Virus record (IMG/VR): IMGVR_UViG_3300042807_000447
Location: 1 to 34,029 of that record
Direction: 5' to 3' (one strand)
Origin: a virus
Taxonomy: Duplodnaviria; Caudoviricetes
Length of the DNA stretch: 34,029 nt
Below the pieces are notes generated by a model. It was given only the letters and a program-made list of their open reading frames with translations, searched no databases and had not been told where the DNA came from. Shown one piece after another: positions 1 through 9,492 of this stretch. Positions within the stretch are counted from its first letter, which is position 1, and each line of letters starts with the position of its first letter. Position numbers and translations under genes: made by a program.

Positions 1-1911
1 GTTAACGGCACAGCGTTCGACGTGATCAAGAACGGACTTGCTGGAATTGGCGACGCACTTGGCGACGCATCACTTTCACTATCAGACGCAATTACCGACG
101 CGGCAAACCTTGCAAACCTTGATGCTGTCTTCAAGACAAGCGAGGACGTTATTCGTTCTCTTGGTGGAGCGTTAGGTAGCGCGTATGGCGCGGTACTTTC
201 TGCACTTGCAATTGCGGACCCACAGATTCGTAGCTTCTTTGACTTCCTTGAAGGTAAGGCAGGCCAGCTTGATGCGTGGCTAAAGACCGAGGACGGCAAG
301 AAGGAATTTGAGCGCATCCTCAAGGAGGCAGAGTCAATTGCCAAGGATGTATTTAAGATCATTGGCGACACGATCTCCGGACTATTTAATCTTGGAACAT
401 CAGGTGCAGGCCAGCCGCTGCTTGACTACTTTAAGGAAATAGCTGCAGAGTTTAAGGCATTCACTAGCACCGATGCTGGTAAGAAGCTATTTACTGATCT
501 ATCCACAAACGCGGCTAAGGTTCTTGACGCTATCGGCGGGTTTGTTAAAGAAATTATTAAGATTGGAGCTCGCCCAGAGGTTGGCATCGTCGCTGAGAAG
601 TTTGCAGAGATGGCTCCAACAGTTGGAAAGATTCTTGAGGAGCTTGTTAAGGCAAGCCCTGCCATTGCTGATTTTGCTGGCGCCTTCCTTGAGCTTATTG
701 CTACCTTTACACAGGGTGATCAGATCACGTCGTTCTTTAATGTTCTTACAGGCGCAATTGAGTTTGTAAACGGTATCTTCCAAAACGAGTTTGTCAAGGG
801 AATCCTTGACGCGGTTGCGCCAATCGTTGGTGCACTAACCGCCGTGGGTGTTATCTTTGACGTTGTTAAGTTTGGCTTGCTAGTTATCGCCGGTCAGATC
901 CTTCTTACCAAGGTTGCCTTTATGGCGGCAAAGTTTATCTTTAGCAGCGTATTTAACGTGCTAAGAACTCTAGGCGGCGTGTTCCTAAACATTGCCCGTA
1001 CCGTAATCCCATTGGTAATCAACGGAATGCGTCTTCTTGGCGCCGCGTTTATGGCTAACCCAATTGGCTTCCTCATCGGAATTATCGCTATTCTTGTTAC
1101 TGCATTTATTACCGCATACGCGACATCCGAGGACTTCCGCAACAAGGTGAACGCCGCGTTCCAGGCAGTAAGCGACTTTGTGAAGCCGATCATCGACGCG
1201 ATTCTAGGTGCGGTTACTGGAGTCTTTAACTGGGTACGAGACAACTGGCCTCTGCTACTTGCAATCATCACGGGACCGTTTGGTCTTGCCATTAAGTTTA
1301 TCTATGACAACTGGGACGGAATTCTAGCTTTCATAAAAGGTATTCCTGCAAAGATTGGTGGCTTCCTAAAGAACGCCTGGGACTCAATCACCACCGGTGT
1401 AAAGACAGCGTGGACAAACACCACAAACTTCTTTACAACTATCTTTAATACAATCAAGGGTTTGCCTGGTCAGTTTGGCGGATTCTTAAAGGGTCTGTGG
1501 GACGGGCTTCTTAGCGGTCTTAAAGGTGTATGGCAGTCTGTAAAAGATTTCTGGAATAGTACCATTGGCGGTAAGGGATTCAGCATTGACATCCCTGGCT
1601 GGGTTCCAGTCTTTGGTGGAAAGAAATACGACATACGCATTCCGCGACTTGCTCAAGGTGGTGTCGCGATGCCAGTACCTGGTGGTATTCTCGCCAACAT
1701 CGCTGAAGGCGGACGCCCAGAGCGTATTGAGCCTCTTGACCCAGACGGTTTGTCAAAGCGTGACAAGGCAATTATCAGTGAGCTTTCTGGCGGACGCGGT
1801 AATGGAATGACCTTTAATATCTATCCGTCTGCTGGTATGGACGAGCGTGAACTTGCGGACATGATCTCGCGCAAGATCTCGTTCATGATGCGTAAAGGAG
1901 CAGCTGCATAA
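1..1911 (+). CDS. Tail tape measure protein, C-terminal part (5' truncated by the window edge)
   Basis: The frame is open from base 1. Ala/Gly/Ile-rich amphipathic helices with Trp/Phe-spaced repeats (AWDSITTGVKTAWTNTTNFF), an ANPIG motif, and a C-terminal IPRLAQGG...IAEGGRPE motif typical of TMP ends. Lies directly upstream of tail tip genes. Confidence 0.9.
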   Translation, partial: VNGTAFDVIKNGLAGIGDALGDASLSLSDAITDAANLANLDAVFKTSEDVIRSLGGALGSAYGAVLSALAIADPQIRSFFDFLEGKAGQLDAWLKTEDGKKEFERILKEAESIAKDVFKIIGDTISGLFNLGTSGAGQPLLDYFKEIAAEFKAFTSTDAGKKLFTDLSTNAAKVLDAIGGFVKEIIKIGARPEVGIVAEKFAEMAPTVGKILEELVKASPAIADFAGAFLELIATFTQGDQITSFFNVLTGAIEFVNGIFQNEFVKGILDAVAPIVGALTAVGVIFDVVKFGLLVIAGQILLTKVAFMAAKFIFSSVFNVLRTLGGVFLNIARTVIPLVINGMRLLGAAFMANPIGFLIGIIAILVTAFITAYATSEDFRNKVNAAFQAVSDFVKPIIDAILGAVTGVFNWVRDNWPLLLAIITGPFGLAIKFIYDNWDGILAFIKGIPAKIGGFLKNAWDSITTGVKTAWTNTTNFFTTIFNTIKGLPGQFGGFLKGLWDGLLSGLKGVWQSVKDFWNSTIGGKGFSIDIPGWVPVFGGKKYDIRIPRLAQGGVAMPVPGGILANIAEGGRPERIEPLDPDGLSKRDKAIISELSGGRGNGMTFNIYPSAGMDERELADMISRKISFMMRKGAAA

Positions 1912-2846
1912 TGGTAGCAACGTCACCTACACCCGAGGGTATTGAACAGGGTAGAGAAAACGCATTTGTAAACAAGTCCTTAACTCCACTGGAGCAACCG
2001 TACATCACGGGAATGAAGCTCAACCGTGACATTGTTCTCGGTGATCTTGTTCTTAATGGAATAGATGAAAACGGTGTGGTTTGGGTTTGTACTGACATCA
2101 AAGGCTGGTGGGGTCACCCTGAGCCAGAGATGCGTGATTTCCCTCGCGGATTTGCAGACGGATCATTTGACGTTCGCGGTCGCTGGAACGCACGCGACAT
2201 CACGCTTGAAGGTGTATTCCTAGCACCGGATCCTGCGCTTGTTCCTATTGCACGCGATACACTTATTCGTGCAACCAGCCTTGTCTACACTGGCGCATGG
2301 TTGCGAACATATGAGGATCCTCCTCGTGCCTCCTACGTCCGTCTGAGCGGTCGCCCAGAGATCGAGACGGTTAACGCACGTGGACGCACAGAGTTCTCAA
2401 TTGGACTACGCGCGGCTGATCCTATTAAGTACGAGTGGTCTGACGATGACCCTGAGGGATACAGCATTGTTGAAATTGGTTGTGAAAACGCAGCAACAGG
2501 GGCAACGGGTGTTGGAACAATCAACAACATCGGTAACGCTGACGTTAGCGCGATATTTGAGATCCAAGGTCCACTAACTGGTCCAGCAACGCTGCAGAAC
2601 CTGACAACAGGTCAGCTCATGCTGATCATTGATTCAATACCTGCAGGCAGCTTCCTTGAGATTGACACCTACTACCGTGAGGTTGCACTTGACGGTGAGG
2701 TTGACGGCGCACGCTCAATCGTGGATACGCTGGTTGATTGGATTTCACTGCAGCCAGGACAAAACACAATTTCGTTCTCTGACGAAGGAAACGCAAACAG
2801 TACTGCAACAGTTCGCGTCTATTACCGCTCCGGATGGATAGGATAG
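1911..2846 (+). CDS. Distal tail protein (Dit-like, siphovirus tail component)
   Basis: Immediately after the TMP (TAATG overlap). Motifs ARDITLEG, FSIGLRAADP, NIGNADV, LQPGQNTISF and a terminal YRSGW match actinophage distal/minor tail proteins. Confidence 0.8.
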   Translation: MVATSPTPEGIEQGRENAFVNKSLTPLEQPYITGMKLNRDIVLGDLVLNGIDENGVVWVCTDIKGWWGHPEPEMRDFPRGFADGSFDVRGRWNARDITLEGVFLAPDPALVPIARDTLIRATSLVYTGAWLRTYEDPPRASYVRLSGRPEIETVNARGRTEFSIGLRAADPIKYEWSDDDPEGYSIVEIGCENAATGATGVGTINNIGNADVSAIFEIQGPLTGPATLQNLTTGQLMLIIDSIPAGSFLEIDTYYREVALDGEVDGARSIVDTLVDWISLQPGQNTISFSDEGNANSTATVRVYYRSGWIG

Positions 2847-2888
2847 ACCAACATATGACTTCAGTGACGCTTACGGAGGTAATGAACG

Positions 2889-4868
2889 ATGTCAGTTGAG
2901 CTTGGATCTGGCTTTGCGGCTGAGTATCGCTACTTCACCACGGACCTAGTTAGCAACACACTTATCGCAGAGATTCCATTTAACGGAGTCTCCTATGAAC
3001 GTGCAATCAAGGGTGCAGGAAAGTTTAGCGGCAACGTTCCAGTTATTGACCGAACAACTGCGTTTAACATCTATGACGCAACCATGCCAGGAAAGACTGG
3101 CCTATACATTACTCGCAACGGCGAGTGTGTCTGGGGCGGAATTATCTGGTCACGTAACTACAACCTTGTCTCACAGGAACTTGACGTTGACGCGGCCGAG
3201 TTCACAAGTTACTTCTACCACCGTCGTATCTGGAAGACGTGGACACACGAGTATGGCGCAACCCTTGTTGTGTCTGGTGGAGTTGCAACCGTAAACCTTG
3301 ACCCTGGATTTCAGTTTAACTCAGTTGCTGGTTCACTCGTGCGTGTTATCTTCCGCGAGGTTAGCAACTTTAGGTATAACGGCGAGTACACGATAACTGC
3401 AAGACTAAGCAGCACTTCATTTACATTTAGCGCTGGAAGTATTCCAAATGGAACATACCCGCTAACAACGATCTACGCACGTGTTGATACCTACGACTAC
3501 ATCCGCAGTCTCATTGACGCGGTATCCGTTGACTTCACTGGCATCGAGTTTCCAAACGCGGACATCGAGCCTGGACTAGGACTTCGTTTTACCGTAACAA
3601 ACAAGCGCATTGCTAGTGGACAGGCAACGTTAACAACATCTCAGCCACATAACGTTAACCCTGGACAGGTTGTTCTTATTCGCAACGTAGATGCCACGTT
3701 TAACGGGCAGTACATTGTTACCGCGACTCCAAGTGCCACAGAGATCCAATATGCCAAGACAGGCTCGCTAGGTTCTACAGCGGTAAGCGTGAACACCAAG
3801 ACAGTCGTAACGAAGCTACTCTCAAACTACGTGGCAACACTTACTACAGCAACGGTGCACGGCTTCTCAGTTGGGCAGGAGGTTGTTATCTCCGGAGTTG
3901 ACGACGCAAACAGCCCATCTGAGATCTTCAACGGCGAGTTCATCATCACCGCTGCGACAAGCAATACCTTTAGTTATCTAACAGGTGGAGTTACCAACGT
4001 GCCATCAACCAGCGTAAACCCTGGTGCAACGGCAGTCGTGACACCATACGTTCTCTCAGGTTCATACGGACCTTACTCCGCGAACTCTGATATCCAAATT
4101 GAGTTTAACGATGATGGCTTCTCTGGCGTCGCGGCTGAGCCACTCGTGTACCGCGGGTTTGAGATCAAGAACGTTGGCAAGGAACTAGACGTCTACTCTG
4201 ATTCCATTGATGGTTTTGAGTATCGCGTTGATTGCTTCTATGACCCAGGAAGCGCGTCATTTAGACGTGAGTTTATGTTTTTGCCTATTGACTTCCCTAA
4301 CCCTCCTGCTCCAGGTGAGATCTCGCCGATCTCACGATTTGGCGCTGATCAGCTTGTCTTTGAGTACCCAGGAAACATTACCGATATTCAGATCGATGAA
4401 AAGGCAGATGACGCGGCAACACGTTTTTGGATGGTTGGTAACATTCCTGACCTTGGCGACGATGCATCCCAGCCATACGCGGCAGCGGCAGCAACCGATC
4501 TTTTGTTACAAGGTTGGCCTCTTCTTGAGGAGGACGACAGCGCAGATGACGTTTCAGATGAACGAACTCTCTACGAAGGTGCAACCCGCTTCCTTAGCGA
4601 GTTTAGACCGCCAATTGGCGACATCAAGATAACCGTAAACGGTTCACTATCACCAACGGTTGGCTCATACGCTCCAGGTGACTGGTGCTCAATTATTGCC
4701 GACGACGAGTTCGTGAAGATGCGTCTAGCGTCAGATCTTGAACCTCGCGACACCGTTATTGTGCGTAAGATTGACTCCATAAAGGTAAGCGTTCCAGACT
4801 CTCCAACGTTTCCGGAGAAGGTAACACTTGATCTAATTGCGGAGTGGGAGGTGGACAAGCGTGGCTAG
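2889..4868 (+). CDS. Minor tail / baseplate hub-like protein with inserted beta-rich modules
   Basis: Follows Dit. N-terminal RNGECVWGGIIWSR motif of siphovirus Gp37-like tail proteins, with about three internal T-x-T-x-x-x-H-x-x-x-x-G-x-x-V-x-I...FNG-x-[YF]-x-[IV]T modules. RBS GGAGGT upstream. Confidence 0.75.
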   Translation: MSVELGSGFAAEYRYFTTDLVSNTLIAEIPFNGVSYERAIKGAGKFSGNVPVIDRTTAFNIYDATMPGKTGLYITRNGECVWGGIIWSRNYNLVSQELDVDAAEFTSYFYHRRIWKTWTHEYGATLVVSGGVATVNLDPGFQFNSVAGSLVRVIFREVSNFRYNGEYTITARLSSTSFTFSAGSIPNGTYPLTTIYARVDTYDYIRSLIDAVSVDFTGIEFPNADIEPGLGLRFTVTNKRIASGQATLTTSQPHNVNPGQVVLIRNVDATFNGQYIVTATPSATEIQYAKTGSLGSTAVSVNTKTVVTKLLSNYVATLTTATVHGFSVGQEVVISGVDDANSPSEIFNGEFIITAATSNTFSYLTGGVTNVPSTSVNPGATAVVTPYVLSGSYGPYSANSDIQIEFNDDGFSGVAAEPLVYRGFEIKNVGKELDVYSDSIDGFEYRVDCFYDPGSASFRREFMFLPIDFPNPPAPGEISPISRFGADQLVFEYPGNITDIQIDEKADDAATRFWMVGNIPDLGDDASQPYAAAAATDLLLQGWPLLEEDDSADDVSDERTLYEGATRFLSEFRPPIGDIKITVNGSLSPTVGSYAPGDWCSIIADDEFVKMRLASDLEPRDTVIVRKIDSIKVSVPDSPTFPEKVTLDLIAEWEVDKRG

Positions 4869-6669
4869 TCGTCGTTTTCGTGCACGTCGCTCGTTAGGTA
4901 ACAACCTAAACGATACCGCGATGCGTCTTGCCTATCTCGAGAAGCGCCCGTCTCCAAAGCGTCTTAAGCCTCAGGTTGTAACTACCGACAAGATCTATCG
5001 TGCAGCAATTGTCACAGACACTATCGCAAACACCGCCGTTGTTGAGGAAAAGATCCAGACCAACGCGGTATCTACTCGTACCATTGATGAGTTTGCTGTT
5101 ACAAACTCAGAGGTTGCTGACAGCGCGGTAAACAACCGCACCATTGAGACTGACGCGATTGACGCTCGTGTAATTCGTGCTAACGCAATTACCGCAAGTG
5201 AAATTAGCGCAGACGCCATTACCGCTGGAAAGATTAGCGCAGATGCCATTACGGCGCGCGAGATTGCGGCTAACGCCATTACCGCAAACGAGCTAAGCGC
5301 CAACTCAATCATTGCTGGAAAGATCAGCGCGGACGCGATTACCTCCCGTGAGATCAGCGCCAATGCCATCACGGCAAGTGAAATTAGCGCGGACGCAATT
5401 ACCGCGGGTAAGATATCAGCGGATGCAATTACTTCTAGAGAGATCTCGGCTAACGCCATTACCGCGACAGAGATTAGCGCCAACGCGATTACCGCGGGCA
5501 AGATATCTGCCGACGCGATTACCGCGCGTGAAATTAGTGCCAATGCGATTACCGCAGCAGAAATTAGTGCCAACGCAATTACTGCCGAGGAAATTAGTGC
5601 TAACGCAATTACCGCGGGTAAGATCTCAGCGGACGCGATTACGGCACGAGAGATCGCAGCTAATGCGATTACTGCTGCCGAGATCCAAGCAAACGCAATT
5701 ACCGTTGACAAGATCTCAGCCAACTCAATCACAACAGGCAAGATCATCTCAACGGGAATTAGCGCTAACGTTCTTACGTCTGGAAGAATTGACGCCAACA
5801 CCATCAGCGTCACAAACATAAATGCGTCCAACATTGAGACCGGTATTCTCTCTGGTAGAACAGTTAGAACTACAAGCGGCAGCAACCGCGTTGAGATGTC
5901 AAATACCGATGAGCTTCGCTACTATGTAAGTGGAGCCGTGCAAGCAAGAATGGAACCAACTGGTATTGGTGTTCGCATCAGTAGCGGCAGCGGAAACGTG
6001 TTTGTTGGTGGCGGACTTATTCAGCTTAACGCCGGAAACTCGGTGTTTTCAGCATCTGCCACTGCTCCAAAAGCTGCATTTCCTTTTGTCACAGACGGTG
6101 GACTTCAAGTTGGAGGCGGTCTTAGAGTAAACGGCACTAGCCTTACTTTTCCAAGTGGTCTAGGGCCTGCGCAGTCGTTTGCCGCGGTTGGACAACTTCT
6201 TGGTCTAGCGGGTGGCATCTCAGTAGTAGCAGTAACAAAACCTGCTTCGTTATCGGGACCTCCAGGACCTCCTGGACCAACTGGACCAACTGGACCTAAG
6301 GGTCCTCCTGGTCCTCCTGGTCCTCCATCGGATGCTCGTCTTAAGACAGCAGTGTCACCTGCATCTCTTGGCTTGTCGTTTATCAACATGCTTCGCCCGG
6401 TTTCGTTTGAGTGGAAAGACTCAAAGTACGAGGTTGGTGCTGGAACGCAATACGGTCTTATCGCACAGGAAGTTGAAGCTGCGCTAAGCAAGGCCGGTGG
6501 AAAGAACTACGGTCTTGTCTACAACAACAAGAACGAGTATCTAACAACAGAGCAAGGAACACAGGAACCTGTAAAAGGTCTTGACTACTACCAGCTTATC
6601 TCCCCTGTCATCAAGTCAATCCAGGAGCTTGATGCACGTGTAACCGCACTGGAATCTGAAAGGAAGTAA
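4861..6669 (+). CDS. Tail fibre protein with 10-aa repeats, short collagen segment and C-terminal intramolecular chaperone (peptidase S74)
   Basis: GTG start at 4861 after GGGAGGTGG. ANAITAxEIS repeats, (GPx)8, then SDARLK...LRPVSFEWK...YGLIAQEVE...LDYYQLISPVIKSIQEL, the S74 chaperone signature. Confidence 0.85.
   Translation: MASRRFRARRSLGNNLNDTAMRLAYLEKRPSPKRLKPQVVTTDKIYRAAIVTDTIANTAVVEEKIQTNAVSTRTIDEFAVTNSEVADSAVNNRTIETDAIDARVIRANAITASEISADAITAGKISADAITAREIAANAITANELSANSIIAGKISADAITSREISANAITASEISADAITAGKISADAITSREISANAITATEISANAITAGKISADAITAREISANAITAAEISANAITAEEISANAITAGKISADAITAREIAANAITAAEIQANAITVDKISANSITTGKIISTGISANVLTSGRIDANTISVTNINASNIETGILSGRTVRTTSGSNRVEMSNTDELRYYVSGAVQARMEPTGIGVRISSGSGNVFVGGGLIQLNAGNSVFSASATAPKAAFPFVTDGGLQVGGGLRVNGTSLTFPSGLGPAQSFAAVGQLLGLAGGISVVAVTKPASLSGPPGPPGPTGPTGPKGPPGPPGPPSDARLKTAVSPASLGLSFINMLRPVSFEWKDSKYEVGAGTQYGLIAQEVEAALSKAGGKNYGLVYNNKNEYLTTEQGTQEPVKGLDYYQLISPVIKSIQELDARVTALESERK
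5179..5748 (+). repeat. About 19 tandem 30-bp coding repeats (A[ND]AIT[AS]xx[IL]S)
   Basis: Directly visible in protein and DNA; synonymous positions differ between copies. Confidence 0.95.
6256..6327 (+). repeat. Collagen-like (Gly-Pro-X)8 coding repeat
   Basis: [24 protein letters not shown] directly before SDARLK. Confidence 0.9.
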
Positions 6670-6673
6670 TGAC

Positions 6674-7042
6674 ATGGCGCTAGAAACGCAGTACGTTGTT
6701 TCTCACAACGCCGAGGACAACTACCCGGTGATCTACAGGGTTATCGTAGTCGACGGTGCTGAGGTAAACCGCGGAGAAGCCGACTTTACAGAGGTAAAGG
6801 CAGCATATCCAGCTGTAGTTGAAGAGTACTTTAACGCAGTTGCTTTATGGGCGCATGAGCTTGCAGACTATCTTGACACGCAGACAGAGTTTACAGCAAA
6901 CAACTTTGTTACCGTGCGCAATGCCTCAAGATTTTTCTACGACTTTATGCAAAAGTTTGATTACATCGCAATTGCAAACTCTCCCGAACTACCACATCTG
7001 CAGGAGCCTCCTGTAGTCGAAGAAACACCAGTTACAGAATGA
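6674..7042 (+). CDS. Hypothetical protein, possibly tail-fibre associated
   Basis: 122-aa ORF 4 bp after the fibre gene, with an AGGA RBS; no motif recognised. Confidence 0.7.
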   Translation: MALETQYVVSHNAEDNYPVIYRVIVVDGAEVNRGEADFTEVKAAYPAVVEEYFNAVALWAHELADYLDTQTEFTANNFVTVRNASRFFYDFMQKFDYIAIANSPELPHLQEPPVVEETPVTE

Positions 7043-7106
7043 TAACTACAAAGCACGTCTACAGTATACAATATGTACTAACGACGGCACGACAGGGAGA
7101 CAAATA

Positions 7107-7577
7107 ATGTTTGAGGTAAAAGACGGCACCCGTACTTTACAGTTCAAAGGTAAAGAGCTTGCCAAGTCGTCGTCATGGCGTCGCGGTTCAACACGATGGA
7201 TCGAGTTTGAGCTGTACAAGACTGAAAGCGGCTCTTACATTCTTTCACGTGTCGGCATCTCGCTTGTCTATCACGGAGCTGCCTGCCCACTTGTTTCACG
7301 CTATGGTCTTACCGAGGTTCAGGTTAAAGAGCTGCAAAGTGACTCCATTCCGTGTGAGATCTGTAATGCAATGCCTGACGCTCAACTTATCTTCCCGGAG
7401 AAGCCAAGATACTGGGCACAGGTAAGCGAGGAGGCTACCGCCGTGCTTGAGGCTTTATATAAGTACGACGACGGCGGTGCACGTTATCTTACTCGAGTTG
7501 CTGAACGACTTCTTGAGGATGCCTCAGACGTTGACAGTGGCATTGAGGCAGTATACAGGATCGAGCTTATTCCATAA
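7107..7577 (+). CDS. Hypothetical phage protein (possible metal-binding H...C...CxxC)
   Basis: 156-aa ORF with a GGGAG RBS; contains HGAAC and CEIC. Confidence 0.75.
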   Translation: MFEVKDGTRTLQFKGKELAKSSSWRRGSTRWIEFELYKTESGSYILSRVGISLVYHGAACPLVSRYGLTEVQVKELQSDSIPCEICNAMPDAQLIFPEKPRYWAQVSEEATAVLEALYKYDDGGARYLTRVAERLLEDASDVDSGIEAVYRIELIP

Positions 7578-7589
7578 GTCACAGCTTAG

Positions 7590-7598
7590 TGATATAAT
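7590..7598 (+). promoter_or_regulatory. Extended -10 promoter element (TGnTATAAT) upstream of the nucleotide metabolism / polymerase operon
   Basis: TGATATAAT in the intergenic gap, followed by an AAGGA RBS and the ATG at 7625. Confidence 0.7.
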
Positions 7599-7624
7599 CA
7601 TTCTACAAAGACAAAAGGACGCAA

Positions 7625-8644
7625 ATGTTTATAGTTATTGAAGGCACGGACGCCTCAGGTAAGTCATCGCTTATCGAGGCAGTTCGGCAACAGCTTATAG
7701 AACGCTACCCTAACGAGCAACTGTCAGAGTTTCACAAGGGCAAGCCTGGCGAGGAGACTCGCCGCTGGGTTCTAAACGACTACGTTACGTCAATTGAAAA
7801 GCGCAACTGGTTGCGCTCCGTTGGTCTATCAGATCGTTGGCACTGGGGCGAGGTAACATACGCTCCAAAGTATCGCCCACACACAAACAACGATGGCTAC
7901 GGTTTACTTGGCAAGGCTGGCTGGCGCTGGGTTGAGCTGTTTCTTATGTCCCGTGGTGTTGCCCAATTTTGGCTTTATCAACCCTTAGAAGTGATCCAAG
8001 CGCGTCTAGAAGCCCGCGGAGATGAGTTCGTAAAGACCGATGACCTGCAGGAAATACTTGCACAATACGTTACCGCGTCTAACGTTTCTGTTCTTTCCGA
8101 CATCCTAAAACCAGACAGCGACAGCGTTGAACAGATACCAGCACTCGCAACCTACATAATTGACGTTGCTGGCCAGGTTGAAGAGTGCGCACGTCATCTT
8201 GAGCTATTCCCGTATTACATCGGAAACCCTAAGCCTAAGGTTCTACTCGTTGGCGACACACGCAATATAACTAAACGTTATGGCGAGGAAACTACCCTAC
8301 CTTTTATGCCAGTCGATGGCAACTCCGCAGAGTATCTACTTACCTCGCTGCCTGACGATCTCTGGCGCGACTGTGGAATCGTAAACATAAACGACCCAGA
8401 CGTCAAGCTTTCATTCAATGCTCTATGGAACCAACTAGGTTTCCCAAAGATAGTTGTACTCGGGCGTCTTGCCGAGAAGACACTGGCATCAATCCCAGTG
8501 GCTGAAGACTACTACACCGTGTTGCCTCACCCGCAATATGTGCGTAGGTTCTTTAACAAGACAAAGGAAGAATACGGACAGGCAATCGCACGGGTTGCCA
8601 ACGGCGAGACAAAAGGTAAGGAAGAGACATGGACACTGCGGTAA
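7625..8644 (+). CDS. Thymidylate-kinase-like dNMP kinase fused to a uracil-DNA-glycosylase-fold domain
   Basis: N-terminus has the IVIEGTDASGKSS P-loop, DRW motif and RLEARGDE lid. C-terminus has PKVLLVGDTRN, LPF, IVVLGRLA and LPHPQY, matching the UDG superfamily motif order. Confidence 0.75.
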   Translation: MFIVIEGTDASGKSSLIEAVRQQLIERYPNEQLSEFHKGKPGEETRRWVLNDYVTSIEKRNWLRSVGLSDRWHWGEVTYAPKYRPHTNNDGYGLLGKAGWRWVELFLMSRGVAQFWLYQPLEVIQARLEARGDEFVKTDDLQEILAQYVTASNVSVLSDILKPDSDSVEQIPALATYIIDVAGQVEECARHLELFPYYIGNPKPKVLLVGDTRNITKRYGEETTLPFMPVDGNSAEYLLTSLPDDLWRDCGIVNINDPDVKLSFNALWNQLGFPKIVVLGRLAEKTLASIPVAEDYYTVLPHPQYVRRFFNKTKEEYGQAIARVANGETKGKEETWTLR

Positions 8645-9492
8645 TTGAAATTAAGGACGGCGTCAACGGATATGTTGACCTAGTTCAGCACGTTTTGCGA
8701 CATGGCAAGGAGGTTGCTCCGCGCGGTCAAAAGACGCTTGAAATCGAAGATGCAATTATTCGCATTGACGACGTATACAACACTCTGCCAATGAACGTAA
8801 AGCGTAAGGCAGTCCCAGGTATCGGTGCCGTTGAGGCGTGTCAGCTTCTATCTGGCACGAGCTTCCCTGATCTTGTAATGATGGTTGGCCCACAGTTTAA
8901 GAACTACGCTGAGGATAACGGTGTGTTTCATGGAGCATACGGACCTCGCACAAATGGGCAGTACCACGCAGTTATTGAGCGTCTAAAGAATGACCCGGAC
9001 TCACGTCAGGCAGTCGTTACTATCTGGAATCCACAGTATGACCTTCAGTGGAACAAGCGTGATTATCCTTGCACGATCCTGCACCAGTTCCGTATCCGTG
9101 ACAACAAGTTGAACATGAGCGTTTACATGCGCTCAAACGATGTTTGGCTTGGTGCAGCCTATGACTTCTTCCAGTTTACACGCGTGCAGATCGCAATGGC
9201 ATCTGTCCTCGGAATTGAGCCTGGCAAGTATGCTCACCACGTTGGATCACTGCATATCTACGAGCAGCACTACGGCGTGGCTGAAGAACTAAAGTACACC
9301 GACAAGTTTACTGACATTCCTGTTATTACAGGACGCACATGGAACGAGGTTCAGTCAAGCTCTGTTCTTGCTCTGCATGGCAGCGTTGATCCAACCGCAT
9401 ATGTGCGTCTAACTGAAAACGAGAAATGGTACGCCGATGCAATGAAGGATGCCATCGAGAAGAACAAGGCTAAGGAACAGAATGACAAGTAA
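8629..9492 (+). CDS. Thymidylate synthase homologue, predicted dCMP-modifying (dCMP hydroxymethylase-like)
   Basis: AYGPR, DSRQAV, catalytic PC (C148), MRSNDVWLGAAYD with Asp179 at the base-specificity position, and GSLHIY. Confidence 0.8.
   Translation: MDTAVIEIKDGVNGYVDLVQHVLRHGKEVAPRGQKTLEIEDAIIRIDDVYNTLPMNVKRKAVPGIGAVEACQLLSGTSFPDLVMMVGPQFKNYAEDNGVFHGAYGPRTNGQYHAVIERLKNDPDSRQAVVTIWNPQYDLQWNKRDYPCTILHQFRIRDNKLNMSVYMRSNDVWLGAAYDFFQFTRVQIAMASVLGIEPGKYAHHVGSLHIYEQHYGVAEELKYTDKFTDIPVITGRTWNEVQSSSVLALHGSVDPTAYVRLTENEKWYADAMKDAIEKNKAKEQNDK

Noticed and set aside
5179-5748. 30-bp periodic repeats as a possible CRISPR array or DGR template/variable repeat
   Set aside because: The repeats are contiguous, in-frame and vary at synonymous sites; there are no spacers, no adenine-specific variation and no reverse transcriptase in the window.
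4995-5885. 296-aa antisense ORF and 169-aa alternate-frame ORF over the fibre repeats
   Set aside because: Shadow ORFs produced by the repetitive codon pattern of the real gene; no RBS or independent motifs.
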